A model generated the notes under the pieces. The model was not told where the DNA came from and ran no database searches. It saw nothing but the letters and a program-made list of their open reading frames with translations. Positions 13,501 through 27,330 of a stretch of 64,000 nucleotides of DNA are shown here, in pieces; position 1 is the stretch's first letter, and each line of letters opens with the position of its first letter. The stretch spans positions 372,001-436,000 of the forward strand of contig JAQGDQ010000122.1 in the NCBI GenBank assembly GCA_030141605.1, given 5' to 3'. The position numbers and the translations under genes are program-made. Source of the DNA: Tubiluchus corallicola (lineage: Eukaryota; Animalia; Priapulida).

Positions 13501-16500
13501 TTCTACTGGAATCATTTCCACTTAAGGGCAGCTGACTAGATGACCAATTGGTCTTTCGCTGCCCTTTCTTCACATTTTTGTTGCCAAATTAATTGTATTA
13601 TAACTGTGCGTGTGTTAAAAGATAAATAAAAGATTATTATTATTATTATTGTTATGTCAACTGAAAATTTATGCAATTTAGCTTGCATTTTTTTTGAAGT
13701 CAGTGTTATTAATTTGCTTTAAAATATAATTTTTGTCATCTCTTTTAAAATCTATTGTTAGCTGTTTCCTGCTGCATTGCTAATTTAGCATGACTTGCAT
13801 ATTTAGTATACATGACATTTCAGTGAAGACACATCAGTCATAGCCAGCTCTTTTTGCATGGAGTTTGTGCCTATACAGTTAGCAACATTAACAAAGTACT
13901 CTTTTTAAAATCACATACATCTTGTTGTTTGGTAATTCTATGTGAGACACTGAGAGGTATATTAACTAAACTGTGATCCTACTTATTCTCTGATTTGACT
14001 TCTAACCATTCAAAATAACATGCTAAACTGTTTCAACTAGTGCATGCCTATCTTTGAACACTTCTTGAATTCTATATTTTTGTTATCGATATGTAAAATT
14101 GTTCTTCCTCATCGATATGTAAAATTATTTAGTTACATATTTTTATTTTTATTATTTTTACACATTTTGTTTTATGGTAATGTAATGTATTTGCACGTAA
14201 ACGAGAGGTAAATTCATGTGTACAATCTAATTTAATCGAACAGACAGCAGTGCTGCTTTATGAATTGTGCAAGTGGAAGCTAGCAGAATAAAAGTGCCAG
14301 AGGGTCTTTAGATATTGAACAATTTTAACAAAATGCAAACTGTATGTCAGAATAAGACACAGCACATGTCCCAGTGGGCCGTCTAAGGGCAAACCCTTTT
14401 TGTTTTTTTGTTGTTAAATTCTCTAGTTTTTTTTTTAATTTGGTAAGAAAGCAGCTTGATACGTTTTACAAAAGGGTTTGAATAAAATATTTTTCTGAAG
14501 CAAATGTGAATGATTTAGAATGCCTGAAAAGTGATGGTGGAGCTTGAGCTGGTTCAATTTAGCTGGATCCAATGAACAAAAGCTGCTCTTTTTCAGATCT
14601 ATATTGGTCCAAGAGGATGTGAGGAAATTGCTTTAATAAATGCTGAATCATCAGTACGTAGCCATCGATCAGAGTATAATAATTTAAAGCTTCTCAAATA
14701 GATTTCACCGCTATGTATTTTGATTTTGTATAAAGTCTGTAGTGTTAAAAGTATGTGCATTTATTGATTTTCTCAGTATTGGAAGTGAAGTGTTTACTCT
14801 AAGATTTCTCCATCTATGGAAATTTAGCCAAGGCTAGTGAATGGGAGGATCAACTAGCGTCTAGCTATCCACCTAGAAAATCATTACGTACACCAATAGT
14901 AATTAGGTCATTCCGCCTCAAATGGACGAAATTCAGAAAAGGTATTGTGACTATCGTGAACTTGGCTGAAACTTCAACAATAAGTTGCTTGGGCATTAAA
15001 TAGAAAATCTTTGAAGTATTGCATTCATACACTTAATAGCTTTGAACTTATTCACTAAGTAATAAAGAAATGTCGTTATCTTTTTTTTTGGTGCCTCACG
15101 AGTGAGTTTTTCTCAGAGTAAACTTTATTACTTTAATTAGCTATACCAAATCAGCTGTTGGCCTGAAATTTACACCATGCACTCCCTATATGTATGCACA
15201 ATTGCACATATGTAGCAATTACAAAACTCAAACTTAGTGATCGGGTTTTTGTGCAATAGAGTAGGCAAAATATGCCCGTGTTGACTTAATGTGAGGTTAT
15301 GCATCTGCACCTTTAATGGGTGCTGCAGTTATTTAGAGAATCTGGTTTCTTTGTAGTGTGAAAGTGGATTTTTTCACAGGGTGATTAATGCGAAAGGATA
15401 ATGATACAAATGGGTTATGCTTTATTTCTTGGGAATGTGATTGCTTGCTAAAATGCAAAATGAATGGTTTAGTTCAAGTCTTTTTACATATTTCCAATTT
15501 GAAGAAACAAATTGATAGTACCAGTAACTGAAATACTGCTGTATAGAATTATCTTAATTTGCTAGTCTTATTTAACTGTAATATGTTCCCCTAGGATTAT
15601 ATTATAATATCACTGTGCATTTTAAAATTTATGTGTATCTATATACGTACTTGCAATGAAACTGGTGCCATGACACCTTCATTAAGAACTTTGTACAATT
15701 TCTGCAAATAAAAAGCAAACAAAATTAGTAAAATATTATACAATATTAAAAAAATTTAAAAACTCGTGTGTGTGCGTGTGTGTGCACGTGCGCACATGTA
15801 TGTGTGTATATGTTATCATGATTATATATATAGTTGTGACAACTTTTAAAGCTAACAGGCGTACCATTTCTCAATGCCTTGTATATAGATAGAATTATTT
15901 CTGTTTTTTAAGGATTAACTGTTTTGACTCTTCCAAAATGTTACCAAGGTTGTGTCTGCAGAATTCAATTTCCATGTATGTCCCCAAAGAAGCATCCTTT
16001 TCATAGTTCGCTGATGCATTGTCTGCATGGGTGTCCTCCTCTTGTCGTATTAGCCTAATCTGGTTTGTATCACGTCTAGGAGCAGATCCATCAGCAGTAG
16101 TTGGATGCTGTGCAGTACTGGTCACTTTGTCTATTTTACTGACACGTGCCTATGTTTACGTAAGTGGTGTTTGTTTGGAATGAGGCTGAAACGTCTTGCA
16201 GTTGATGCGGAAGTGTGTCAGGACAGCAAGAATACGGGTACCTCTGTCATGGTTCCTCCCCTGATCAGGCTACTCGATCAGCGATAAGTGAAATGCGGTT
16301 GCGTATGCACACAGCGACCCGATGACATTTACAGTTAAATGTATTTGCCCACATGCTATATAACCTGCTGTGCTATTGATCTGAAACTCTGCTATGTGAA
16401 ACCACATACACACAATTTAATAATAAACCCTGTGCATTGTCAAGAGCACTTTTGGGGTTTGGCTCTTGTCTTACTGCATAATGCTATTTTATTGTGTGAG

Positions 16501-18744
16501 CTTATTATTAGCGTGGTCATGATGTGGTACATTAAGCTTGGAATTAATTTGGTAAGCAAGAATCAAATTAGAGCAGCCAAATCCTTTGTTATTATATTTC
16601 AGAACTGTTTTGAACTGTGTTTTATTTTGTTTATTGTGTTTACAGTAAAACCAGATTTAGTCACTGAAATACTAAATTAGCTTACGCATGCTCATAGAGG
16701 CATTTACTACACGTCGTGTGTACTTGTGAACCTGTGCCAGTAATTGTTTTTAGACCATATGCAGGAAGCAATGAATATTATTTGTTAAAGAGGGAGAAAA
16801 GGGAATTTAATGCATATCCCAAAGAACTTTCCATAGAAAATTATATTTCTTAAGATGTGCTTACATGTTTGAAAGACTTACGTAACTGGAAAAGAAAATT
16901 CTTAATAATTTAAAACTTTGTGCCACCCAGTAAAACACGCCTGCACTGCCATCCTAAATTCCTATATAAAATAATTTAAACTGCTGCTTAGTTAACAAAG
17001 TATGAGCTACAAATGCTCCTATTCTTTTCTTAAATCCTTATGCAATGTTATTTAAACTTGTTTCAAATGACCTACCTTTAAAATGGCTGCACCTAATTCA
17101 TGCCACTGCAACTAATGTCAGCTTAAATTTCAAGTTTTATACAGCGTTAGCTGTTGCATTTTATATATGCAACAAAACAGCATGTCAGTGATAAAAAAAT
17201 TCAAGACAAATTTTTTAAGCTTTATTTATGAAGAGTGTGTTCCTATTCTTTAACAAATGACAGAAGTTAAAAGACAGGTCTGCCAGATTGAGTAGTTCTT
17301 GTTTATTTCAAAAATATTCTACTACACTTAGCCTACACTTAAGTAAATTTTCCTATACTTATCTACACTAGCAAATTAGGTAAAGCTATGTTGGTATCCG
17401 AAAGTGGAATTAGTATGTCAGGCAAAGTTGCTGTTACATTTACGTCCTAAAAAATATCATAGGTGACATGTTCTTATTCAGTATTTGATATGTTACATGA
17501 TATGGTTTCCATATGACCTTTGAATGATCTCTGCGTGACACCATGTAGACTAGAATATTACACATGGCATTTGGCCTGGCCTTAACTATTCAGACTGTTA
17601 GCTAATATTCGAATGAGTCCCACTTTTGAACTTATAAAGTTAGCATTCTTAGCAATTTTAGAAAACATGTCTTCTGAACCTTGATGCTAAAGTAATAGTG
17701 ATTCTGAATCAGATGGCAGTCAGCAGGATTTATAAAGAGCATATGAAATTATTATCTTTCAGTTGGCTCCATTGATTAGGTCAGTTGATAATCATTTATG
17801 GCAATGTGACAAAATTTTCAAACTGCCTCGTTGATTTACCTTGTAAAAGTTGATCCCCTTTTGCCAGATCATTTTGTATATTTTGGTGAATTTTTTTTGT
17901 GCATGGTTAGTGGTTGCTGACTAAACTTTAAATTTGATGGTTTGCTAGTGCCATTGTGAATAATACATCTATTACTTGTTTTAACAAGTGCAAGTCTCAC
18001 ATTTTAATTGCAGTGTCTTCCAAACCAAATGCGTTGTCATAGCAGCACACACTAGGATGGCCCTTGCAACGAGCTAAAAAAGGCCCCTTATTTTGTGCAC
18101 AAAGGAAGGCTGGTATTGTCTTGTTGAGCAATATTATTAGCATGCTGTGGTTAGGCACTTGGCTCGCATTTTCAAAGGCGGCTCCTCTTTTAACCAGCTT
18201 TTAAATTTATATCTAGTTTCACTGACGATTTAATATAATGTACGTATATAATCGACAAGGCTACTGGTTCGACGACAATATTAGCATGACAGCTCTGAGG
18301 TAAGATTGATAAGATAAAATTTATTCTGCTTTGTAGTAATCGTTCATTACACTTTCAATTGGCTCAACAATAAAATACACACTACTATAAACAGATGAAA
18401 AACAACATGTAGACTACACATATGAACAAACATAATCATAAAATGAGTGAAACATTCACCTATCTCTTCAGCATCAGGTACATCATTACATTAGATTAAA
18501 TTTGCACTTGTACCCATACTGTTGAATGATCATCTTGCCACATGGTAATAGACCTACGTTTAAATATCAAAACGGACAGCAAACCCAAAAACCTAAAATG
18601 AAATTGTACATCATAGATGCTAGGAAACTGGTTGTTGTTTGAAGTTTACATTAAATTCTCGGACTTTACATTAACATTATGTGCTTGGAATGAAAGAGTT
18701 GAGAAATCTATTCGTTTTACAAGTAATGCTTTTATACCTGCGGA

Positions 18745-19335
18745 GTTCTATTAACACTACTTTCGTGTTAGTTTCTCCTTTTACCAGGTACTATAAGCCC
18801 TATAGGCTATCGGCCCTTTAGTTACTCAGTCACACTCGAGTAAAAGTTGTGTATTAGCCTATTACCTGTACAATATTAGTACGTCAGGTATAGGTGCACT
18901 ATTCACACTGCTTTTGAGCTATTGACCAGCTATTATAAACACACTCAGTCATGCTCACAGTTTAATTTCAAGGTGAAAAATCATCTGTACTGTCCTATTA
19001 CGTGTGTAATATTAGTGGACGATGTGCATGTACTATTAACACTGGGTTTGTGCTAACTTGTCCTTTAACCACTCACATTCACGTTTAATTAGAAAGTAAA
19101 AATTATGTATCATATTATCATGTGTACAATGTTAGTGCATCGTGTGTACCACATACTCTATTAACACTGCCTTTGTCCTAGCTTGTTTGGCCAGTTGCTG
19201 ACATTGTTCTCAGTTTTTGTGTCGATGTAAAAATCATATTTTGTCCTATTATGCTTGCAATCTTTGTGCACCAGGTGCGTGTGTGTAGCATTAACGCTCC
19301 TTATGTATTAGCATCTCCTTTGACCAGCTCTGATA
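18745..19335. repeat. Degenerate tandem repeat, ~125-150 bp unit, ~5 copies
   Basis: Anchors like ctattaacact recur near 18748, 18898, 19033, 19158 and 19288, with recurring gtaaaa...cctatta...caatattagtg blocks between them. Confidence 0.75.
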
Positions 19336-19537
19336 TATTCCCAGTAACTGTTACACATTCAGTCTTGCTTGGAAAATCGTTTGACTTGCTGCTGGCTGGC
19401 TTATAGATTACCTGCTGCTGCCTGTCTTCAGCTAACGTGTAAATGAATCTGCAGTGCAAGAGACTGCATTATAATGATGCTTACAAGACTGCACTTTGTC
19501 CCTGGGGAAATCACGTGTGCATGTAAATACCTGAATA

Positions 19538-20155
19538 TATCCTTGCAACTGCTCTCTAATAGGAAGACTAAAGAGATTTGCATGCAGTTTTGGGGACTCG
19601 AGTATAACGTTGTCACAGAACACTTGTTTTCTTCGTTACTCGAGTTCAAGTCCTTTGCAACTTCTGTGTAATATGAAGACTAAAGAGATCTCTATGAGGT
19701 TTTTAAGAGTAGCACATAACATCGTCACACAATACTTGTTTTCTTCATTATTCAAGTACAGAGATGCTTGCAACTTCTGCCTAATACGAGTACTAAAGAT
19801 ATTCGCACGAGGTTTTTGTCTCTAGAGCATTACATGGTGATAGAACAACTGTCTTCTTCATATCCAAATAAAAGTTCTTGCAACTTTTCTTTATTATGAA
19901 GACCTAAGATATGTGCATACACCTTTGGGCAGTTGGGTATATTGTAATAGTCATAGAAAACTCACAAAGACCAATGAGGTTTTCGATACTTTCCATACTA
20001 GCACATAACATTGTCATAGAATACTTGTTTTTTCATTATTCAAGCACAAGTCCTTGCAACCTTTCTCTAATACATACTATAGAGATTTGCAAGGGGTTAT
20101 CCAAACTAGTACGTGCCATAGTCACAAAACATTTGTTTTCCTCATTACTTTAGGA
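19538..20155. repeat. Degenerate tandem repeat, ~111 bp unit, ~5.5 copies
   Basis: ttgcaac anchors near 19543, 19655, 19768, 19878 and 20054, each followed by variants of gaagactaaagagat...cataacat.gtcacagaatacttgttttcttcatta. Confidence 0.85.
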
Positions 20156-21520
20156 CATGACATAGTGTTCACGTAAAGCTGTAGATTTATTAAGCAAAGA
20201 AAAACCAGTTATCATGATCTAGCTACTATACAAAAATTTATGAGTATAGTAAAAAGGTGAAATTACAAGTACAAGAACAGAGCTGTATGATAGTGACTTT
20301 TGTCAAGGTCTCCTGGACTAGATCGAATAAACTCTAACTCAACTATCAATAATTTGTTTAGAAAGAGACATCTTTGCAGCAAGTCTTTCGAGAAAAGGGG
20401 AACGTAAACAATTTTTATAAAATATTTATTTTTGTATGCATTTGCAGGGGAGGATAGTGTTAATACCATAATCAACTAAATTTTGACATTAACATTCCTT
20501 TGGAATTAGATTGCAACATTGCAGGTAGGTCATGTAAAATATGTGAAATGAAATTAGAAAACCATTTGTTATCAGTCTTAAAAAAAGGCATTTTTAATTC
20601 TTACAATTTCTTAACTTATGAATTTTTCTGTCTTTGTATTAATCAGCTTATCATAATGATGAACACTTTTTTTGTAATCGTGTAGCTGTAGGGTACTTTT
20701 ATATCTATTGCTTCTCAGCCTTCTATAGTGTTGGGTATTTTCTTTTTATATGTTTGAACACTATAAATTGTTGTTATTAGCATGCTCTTAGACTTAAGTC
20801 TACATGTCACAGCTATAATGTCAGCGAGTTACTGAACGTAGAAGTACAGAAAGCTTACAGCTTAAAAACTGTGAGCAGCAGGGCAGCGAAATTTTGGACA
20901 TTTACAGTATTGGGGGCGGTGAATAGAATTTAATGATATAATTCGGTGATATTGAGTGGCAAAGGGCAAAGGTCATTTACAGCTCAAGAACCGTATGGAT
21001 TTCGGCAAAATAAACTACATCATTGTATGTTTTATAGTGCATTTATAATGTTTATTTTGTTGTACAGTCGACTCCTCTATAGTAGCATAGACACTGACCT
21101 TAAATGATTGGTTTGGTTGCGTGAATGAACACGAGTCAGTCAGTTTGTGAGTACAAAATTGTCTGTCTAATATACAGCAAAGGACGTGGATACAAAAACA
21201 GTTAAAAGAAACCGTCGTCAGGATAACATTTGAAGTCACAGCATCAAAGTGTAGATCTTCTGTGTTGCAGGACTAGATGAGTTGGTAGGAAAGTGGTCAC
21301 CTGCTTTTGACTACTGAAATTAAAACGGGCACTGAGGCTGGAATGGAATGGTCAGTGAATGGAAGGGTAATACGGGGTTCGATATACCATCTTTCTTTGG
21401 GCTGCTTAATTTGATTCTGTATTGAAACATACTGGCCATGCAATTCTGTAAAGCTCATAGAGAGTGAGGACTCACATCAGGACATACCTAAGACAGCTCT
21501 GTTGGTTCAGTGCCTTTTTA

Positions 21521-21835
21521 TGGCATGTACAGGCTAGTGAGTTTTATGCCAAGTAACTTGCAAGTATATTCAGACTTGAGAGCAAAACTTGTTGCGAGTT
21601 ACTCTTCGAGAGTAAGCATGAGTTGACATTCAATTCTCTATTCACTGCGAGAAGTGCTGAAAGTAACTCGCTGAGGCATTCACATCAGATAATAACTCGC
21701 AGGAAATCAACTTGCAGAAGCTGTCGGAAAGTTTGCAATAACTTGCCGACAGTAACTTGCACACTAGTTCACACTTGTAAGTTTGCTGTCAGAGAGAAAA
21801 CTCGTAACAGAAAATTCTCTAGTCTGAACGTGCCT
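21521..21835. mobile_element. PIF/Harbinger-like MITE, ~315 bp
   Basis: Imperfect TIR: ggcatgtacaggctagtgagttt versus reverse complement ggcacgttcagactagagaattt (18/23). TTA on both flanks; internal aacttgc/aactcgc repeats. Confidence 0.65.
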
Positions 21836-22610
21836 TTAGAGGCATATTTTTAATTATGAACAACATTCCTGTCTCATGACAGCCATCTACAGTGAATGCA
21901 TGCCTTTGAGCACAGGACTCGATTTCTATAGTGTGTGGAATTGTATAGAAAAAGGACCTCTTTGCTTGTTAGTAGTGTAGTAAAATTTCGTTCTGTTCCG
22001 TTCATTGTTCTCATTTTTACTCACAAATTCTATTTATCACTAACTTGCTACACTATCCTTCTTACAGACCTGGCTTCCTAATAACTTGGCTACATCTAAC
22101 TTCTTGCTACTCTAATCTCCACCTTTTATCCAGTGGTGCAACTAACATTAGCTAACTGGCTAACAATACACTGACACTTCTGAGGCATATCAGTACAGCA
22201 TCTCGGCTATTTCCTCAACCTTCTGGTTCCACAAAAAAATTATCTTGTTCATGCCTTATAACATTTCTTATCATTTGCCACTGTAAACAGTTTTCTCCAC
22301 ATTATATTATATGGCTTCTTTTTCAGGAGAGTTTCATTCCTGGAATAGCCCTGGCTTCATTTCTGACCACTTGTGTAAGATTGATTGCATTTTGTATAAG
22401 ACCAGAGGGATTTTTCATGTCAGGTTATTCCATTGTGTTGATTGAGGTTTAAGGTAGATTTGTTAGCCTGCTCCCCAATTAGTTTGCTTCATGTGGCTTT
22501 TGCTGCGTAACTTGGCCATGTGCTGATTGAAAATTAGTTGACTGACTGAGTGTGATGTTCATTAATATTTGGTACTAAATTTGAAAGGCATGAAATAGGA
22601 AAAAGTTCTG

Positions 22611-22694
22611 GATTGCAGGTTGGATTTGAACCGGCGACATTCTGATTATATTGCAGATGTCTTAACCACTACACCACCTTGACCACTACACCGC
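22611..22694 (-). mobile_element. tRNA-derived SINE head or tRNA pseudogene
   Basis: Minus strand has A box tggtgtagtgg (tandemly duplicated) and B box ggttcaaatcc at tRNA spacing; no intact cloverleaf. Confidence 0.65.
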
Positions 22695-23180
22695 TTTTTT
22701 ACATTTCCTGTCTTCAAGTTTCATATCAAAATCAAACTTGTGAGGGTTTATAACACCATTAATAATAATAATCTTAATATTAAGTTTGTAATAATTAGTT
22801 GATTGTTTATTCGAAGTACGTGAGTTCAAAATTGTTCACGATTGGTCACCAGCATTTGAGCATGAAGCCAGTACTCCTCTGTCCCAGCATTCCAACAATG
22901 AGAAACCATTTCAACGAAAATATGAAGTGAAGATGCTTGTCAAGGTTCTTCTAAATTAGCTATGAATACAGAAGTAGGCGCATAATTTGAGTATCCGAAG
23001 TTGTGTTGAAGATTTAATTTAGAAGCAGTTCTAAGAAAGGTTAGAAGCGTAGAAAGAAGAATGTAAGAAGCAATTACATTATTACACGCAAGCCTGTTCT
23101 CGGCTGAATTAAATTGATTTTCACATAATTATTTGCTCCACAATCTGAATCTAAGTTGATTTATTAGTGTTTTTTTCCAG

Positions 23181-23474
23181 TTACTGTATTTGGCATGATA
23201 AATCAAAACAATGCTGCATTTGCATTTGTAACAGTTGTAATGTTATGCGTTAGATGAATTAGATTATGAAATCTTCCATTTAATTTATATTGAGAAAGTA
23301 TGTGTTCAGTATTTAACACAAAGTCATGCTGTGCGAAGATTATAATTGCTAGTGTGTTTTTGGTGAAATACCGGTGCATACAGGGATGGCAATGCAGTGC
23401 TGTTTTACCAGATGGCATGAATATTTTAAACTATTAAAAATTTCCTTTTCCAATTACGTAAGTCTTTTGAACAG
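23181..23474 (+). other. Candidate internal non-coding (5' UTR) exon, 294 nt
   Basis: Acceptor gtgtttttttccag| and strong donor CAG|gtaagc (23475); no long ORF. Splice signals only. Confidence 0.35.
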
Positions 23475-24128
23475 GTAAGCATAATGGTAAGTTGCATAAT
23501 TTTTTATCGAAAGTTCTTTAAATTCATTTTCTTCCCTTTTAAATTCTCAGCATATCTGCTGGTGCCCGGCAAATCGGTGCATAGGGTGTAGCAGATTTTA
23601 TGTTGTGTTAATTTCTTGTTGTAAAATGTTTATGTGAGCCAGTGTACCTACACACGTGTGAGTTTGTGATGCGTGCGTTTGTGTGTGTTGGTGTTGAAGA
23701 TAATAATTTCTTCTTTTTTTCAGTAACAAATTCTGGTGGAGCGTAGCAGTCAACACAGCAATTTAATAATGAAGAGTCGTAGAATTCATCCACATTTAAT
23801 GTGACATAGGTTAGTACTTTTTTGCATAGTTTAAAATCACTCGTTTTGTGTTGAAAATGTAACGTAGAAAGGTAGTTTTATAAAATTTCGTGTCGGGTTT
23901 CTTTTTAATATGAAAATAAGTCAAGAAAAAACCAAATTCTTGCAATAAATTTGCTAGTGGCAGAAGTGTTTCTTAATCCTTTTTTTAAGTGGTGACCAGA
24001 GATTGTAGATTACTAAAGATTTCTTCAGACAAAAGACCCAAGGAGAAAAACTAAAAACTACAACTAAGAGCAGTGCTTCTGTAACTACATACTCCTGTGT
24101 GTAAACCTTCACTTTTTATACTCCAGCA

Positions 24129-24562
24129 TAGGGAAGTTAATGATAGCAATATGTATCAATAATTATCGATTAACGTATCAATACAAAAAATTTACTTTTA
24201 TGGTTATTGTATCGATGTTATTCTAGGAATTTCGTTATCACTCAGATTTATGCGTATCACTGCATATCGCTCACTATTATAAAATAATTTCACTTTACTT
24301 TTTCATTTATGCACTAGAATTTTATGACAAAACGAGGAAGAAAACTTTGTCATAAATTACACGTATCTATACGTGAATCTGGAAACGGCCTGCGGAAAAT
24401 AGTGTTGAAATACACTGAGATTCCTTGCATATTCAGTGTAGTTTTTGTCGTTCAAGATAATTTATTGCTTCTGAAAACAGATTATTGTTATCGTGTCGTT
24501 TGAAAAAAGTACCCTAACATACCGTTATCGCATTGCTAAATGTGTATCATTTAACATCCCTA
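24129..24562. mobile_element. hAT-like MITE, family H2, copy 1
   Basis: TIR taggga(a/t)gttaa...ttaacatcccta, subterminal tatcg/tatca repeats, partial TSD (ctccagca/ctccttta); homologous to 28510-29082. Confidence 0.75.
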
Positions 24563-26045
24563 CTCCTTTATATTAGAAGGTGTTACTATAAATAAGATTA
24601 TTGATTTTTTTATCTGCAGCATCTTTTCTGCAAGTAGTCCTACTATTTTTACAGAAAATGAAGCCTAAAAAGGATGTACAGGAAAGTAAATATAAACTTT
24701 ACATTTGCCTAGCTTGTAATGCAAGAAAGCAATTAAAACTGAATTAATTAAAGTCACAAATTTCAAAGCAGTTAAAAGAATCTTGTGGAACTGTTTATAA
24801 ATAGTCATTAACTGTATTGTATTGTATTTTCTTTTTAATTCTAATCAAGCTTTTACAATCATGATTTTATTTAACATTAATTACGGTATTTTCCTATATT
24901 TTCTATTGATTAATTAATGTTTTTTATTTCTTAATACCATTGCAACCTGTGCAAAGAAAAACCCCATTTATAGGACTATGCATGTAATGTAAGTGTCAAA
25001 CCTCAAGCCTTTTTGTATCAAGGTGAGCAGCTTGAAAAAAAAGTTTCTTGGTTGGAAAAGAAAAAACATTTAATATACATAAACTTTTAACGTTTTTTCA
25101 ACAATTACTCAGTGATATAGTTAAAAAGTGTGGCAAAGTTTGTGGGCATTAAGTACGTTTTTTCAGCTAAGTGGCGATTTTTTTCTAGCTGCTCATATTG
25201 ACACAAAAATGTTTGAGACTCGTGACTGAACTGAACTGAACTAAGAACAAAATAAATAAATAGTGTACTTTCACTGTGTTCTTTCTACAATCATTTTTCT
25301 CCGTGTTGAGTGCCTGCCATTTTCCTGCCATCTCTTGTTTGTCTAGCATTATATCGGTGTTACATTTATCAAGTTCTTACCAAGGTATTCTTCAGAGTTT
25401 GAATGCTTTCTGCAGCTGTTCACACTGTAAAATTTTGCTATAACATTTGCAGTCCTGAACACTGTGTTTAATAGCGGATAGTTTTTTATACAATTTGGCG
25501 ATGCCATTAGGAAGAGCCACTGGACCAACAGAGGTGTGTTTGCCACATTCAATTGTATGTGTACCTTTTCTCAGCGAGGTAAACAGCCAGAGTCAGTATG
25601 GAAACCATGAAGAGAAATTTTCAACCCAGAGTGTTTATGTCTCAAGTTTACGCATTATCGACCTTTGTTCACTAACATTTTTTATTTGCCGAAAATTGTT
25701 AGTGTTTTATAGTAACCCAGCTTTTTTAGTCAACTTTTTATTTTTTGTTATCAAAACCATGTGATCATCACTGAGACAGTCTTGGTCACTCAACTTTTGT
25801 CAATCAACTTTTTGCAATGTTTTATTACACTTGAAGCTGTGAAACAATGGCTTCATATCTTTCAATAGAAAATTGCACGAGTGTCGTGTGTATGCTACTG
25901 AAAATTGCGATTGAATGAAAACTGTTTAAACTATTCCTGTTAAAAAAACTCGCTTAAAATTTTTGCTGGCATTTTGCCATTCAATTTTTATCCTCATTGT
26001 TGCAGTTAGTTGATATTTGTTTGCTAATAACATTTTCGTTTTCAG

Positions 26046-26098
26046 ATTTGTGTGTCTCAGGAAATGAAGAAATTACAGTAGCGGGCTTACAGAGAAAG
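26046..26098 (+). other. Candidate 53-nt internal 5' UTR exon carrying a uORF (MKKLQ*)
   Basis: Branch-point-like gctaat (~26023), tract cattttcgttttcag|, donor AAG|gtaagg (26099). Confidence 0.55.
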
Positions 26099-27240
26099 GT
26101 AAGGGAATTTTTTGATGTTTAAATGTTAGTAGTAAAATGTTCTTAGTTGATTTTACATTAGTGTAAACAGTATTAAACGCACATTACGAACTGGAAATCG
26201 CAGTGTTTGTCGGATGTATTTCTACAAAGGTAGGAGTGAAAGTGAAGATTTTAAGAAATCTCGCTTGTTGATTTATTGGAAAGATTTCCTCTCACTTCGA
26301 GAATTTAATTTTAGTTCATTTGCATTTTTTAATGTAATTTAACACATTGCAGGCCGAAATTTTGCAATGTTGGTACAGGACTGCAACTTTGCTATTTATA
26401 GTCTAGATTTGTCTGGCCAGGCTCGAGTCTCTCCACGTACGTCGTTCTTGAGTAGGCCTCCTCGAATGCTGATTTCTGGCATGCATATATGCCTTCACTC
26501 ATTCATTTAGAAGACAGATTTGCTATTGCTTTACCTCTTTGGTTGAACATACATTGAGCCACCATTCCGTATTGGTGCAAATATTTCAATTTTGTATTTG
26601 CAGTTGTAAAAACATTCCATTTGTGTTAATCTATGCAATCAGAACTTCAGAAATGTCGAATTCGGATTATGGTTTGTTGCACTAGGATTATAGTATAGAA
26701 TAATGTTTCTTACAGTTGTCTTCGTGAAACACGACATGGCTAATCCTCCGTAGGATATTAAATTATTATTGATGGCTGCAGTTTTACTGAATTTTACTGC
26801 CCACTGGGAAATATTTGGAAGAAGAGCCAGGATTAAGATGAATGATTCAGGGTAAGGGATCAATTAGCTGGCATGTGTATCGAAACAGTAGTTAATCTCA
26901 CATGTATGACTTTCCTTTGCGAGCATTGCACTTTGCTTCGCGAAGCACAGCATATCAAAAATTTGGGTGTTCTTTAGAGATTTGCTGCCTCATTCCAAAA
27001 TCATTCAAACAAGCATGTCCAGTCCTTGGATACCATATGATGATGTGCTATCATTTTCTCAGTCCCAGTCAAAACCTGGAAACCAGATTCAAGCAATCTC
27101 TTTTTGTTATTGCAAAATAAACACAGTGGAATATGCCTTTTCCAGTGATTGCCAATGATTGATGATGATCGTTAAAAGGTCAAGGTTGTTGGTACCTACT
27201 ACCTAGAAACATTAGCAACTGGTTCGTGTATATGGACCCA

Positions 27241-27330
27241 TTGTTGAAGCCTTGTCCTGTTGAAGCAGTTATTGTTGTTGAAGCCTGGCCCTGTTGAGGC
27301 TGTTATTGTTGTTGAAGTCTGGCCCTGAAG
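27241..27330. repeat. 33-bp tandem repeat, ~2.7 copies
   Basis: Variants of ttgttgaagcctggccctgttgaggctgttattg. Confidence 0.8.

Noticed and set aside
14905-17076. Possible 2.2-kb DNA transposon bounded by TAGGTCATT...AATGACCTA, with a minus-strand ORF at 15895..16125
   Set aside because: Only a 9-bp inverted match, no clear TSD, and no transposase motif in the ORF.
22611-22694. Functional tRNA gene
   Set aside because: A and B boxes are present but the acceptor and anticodon stems do not pair convincingly; treated as SINE-like.
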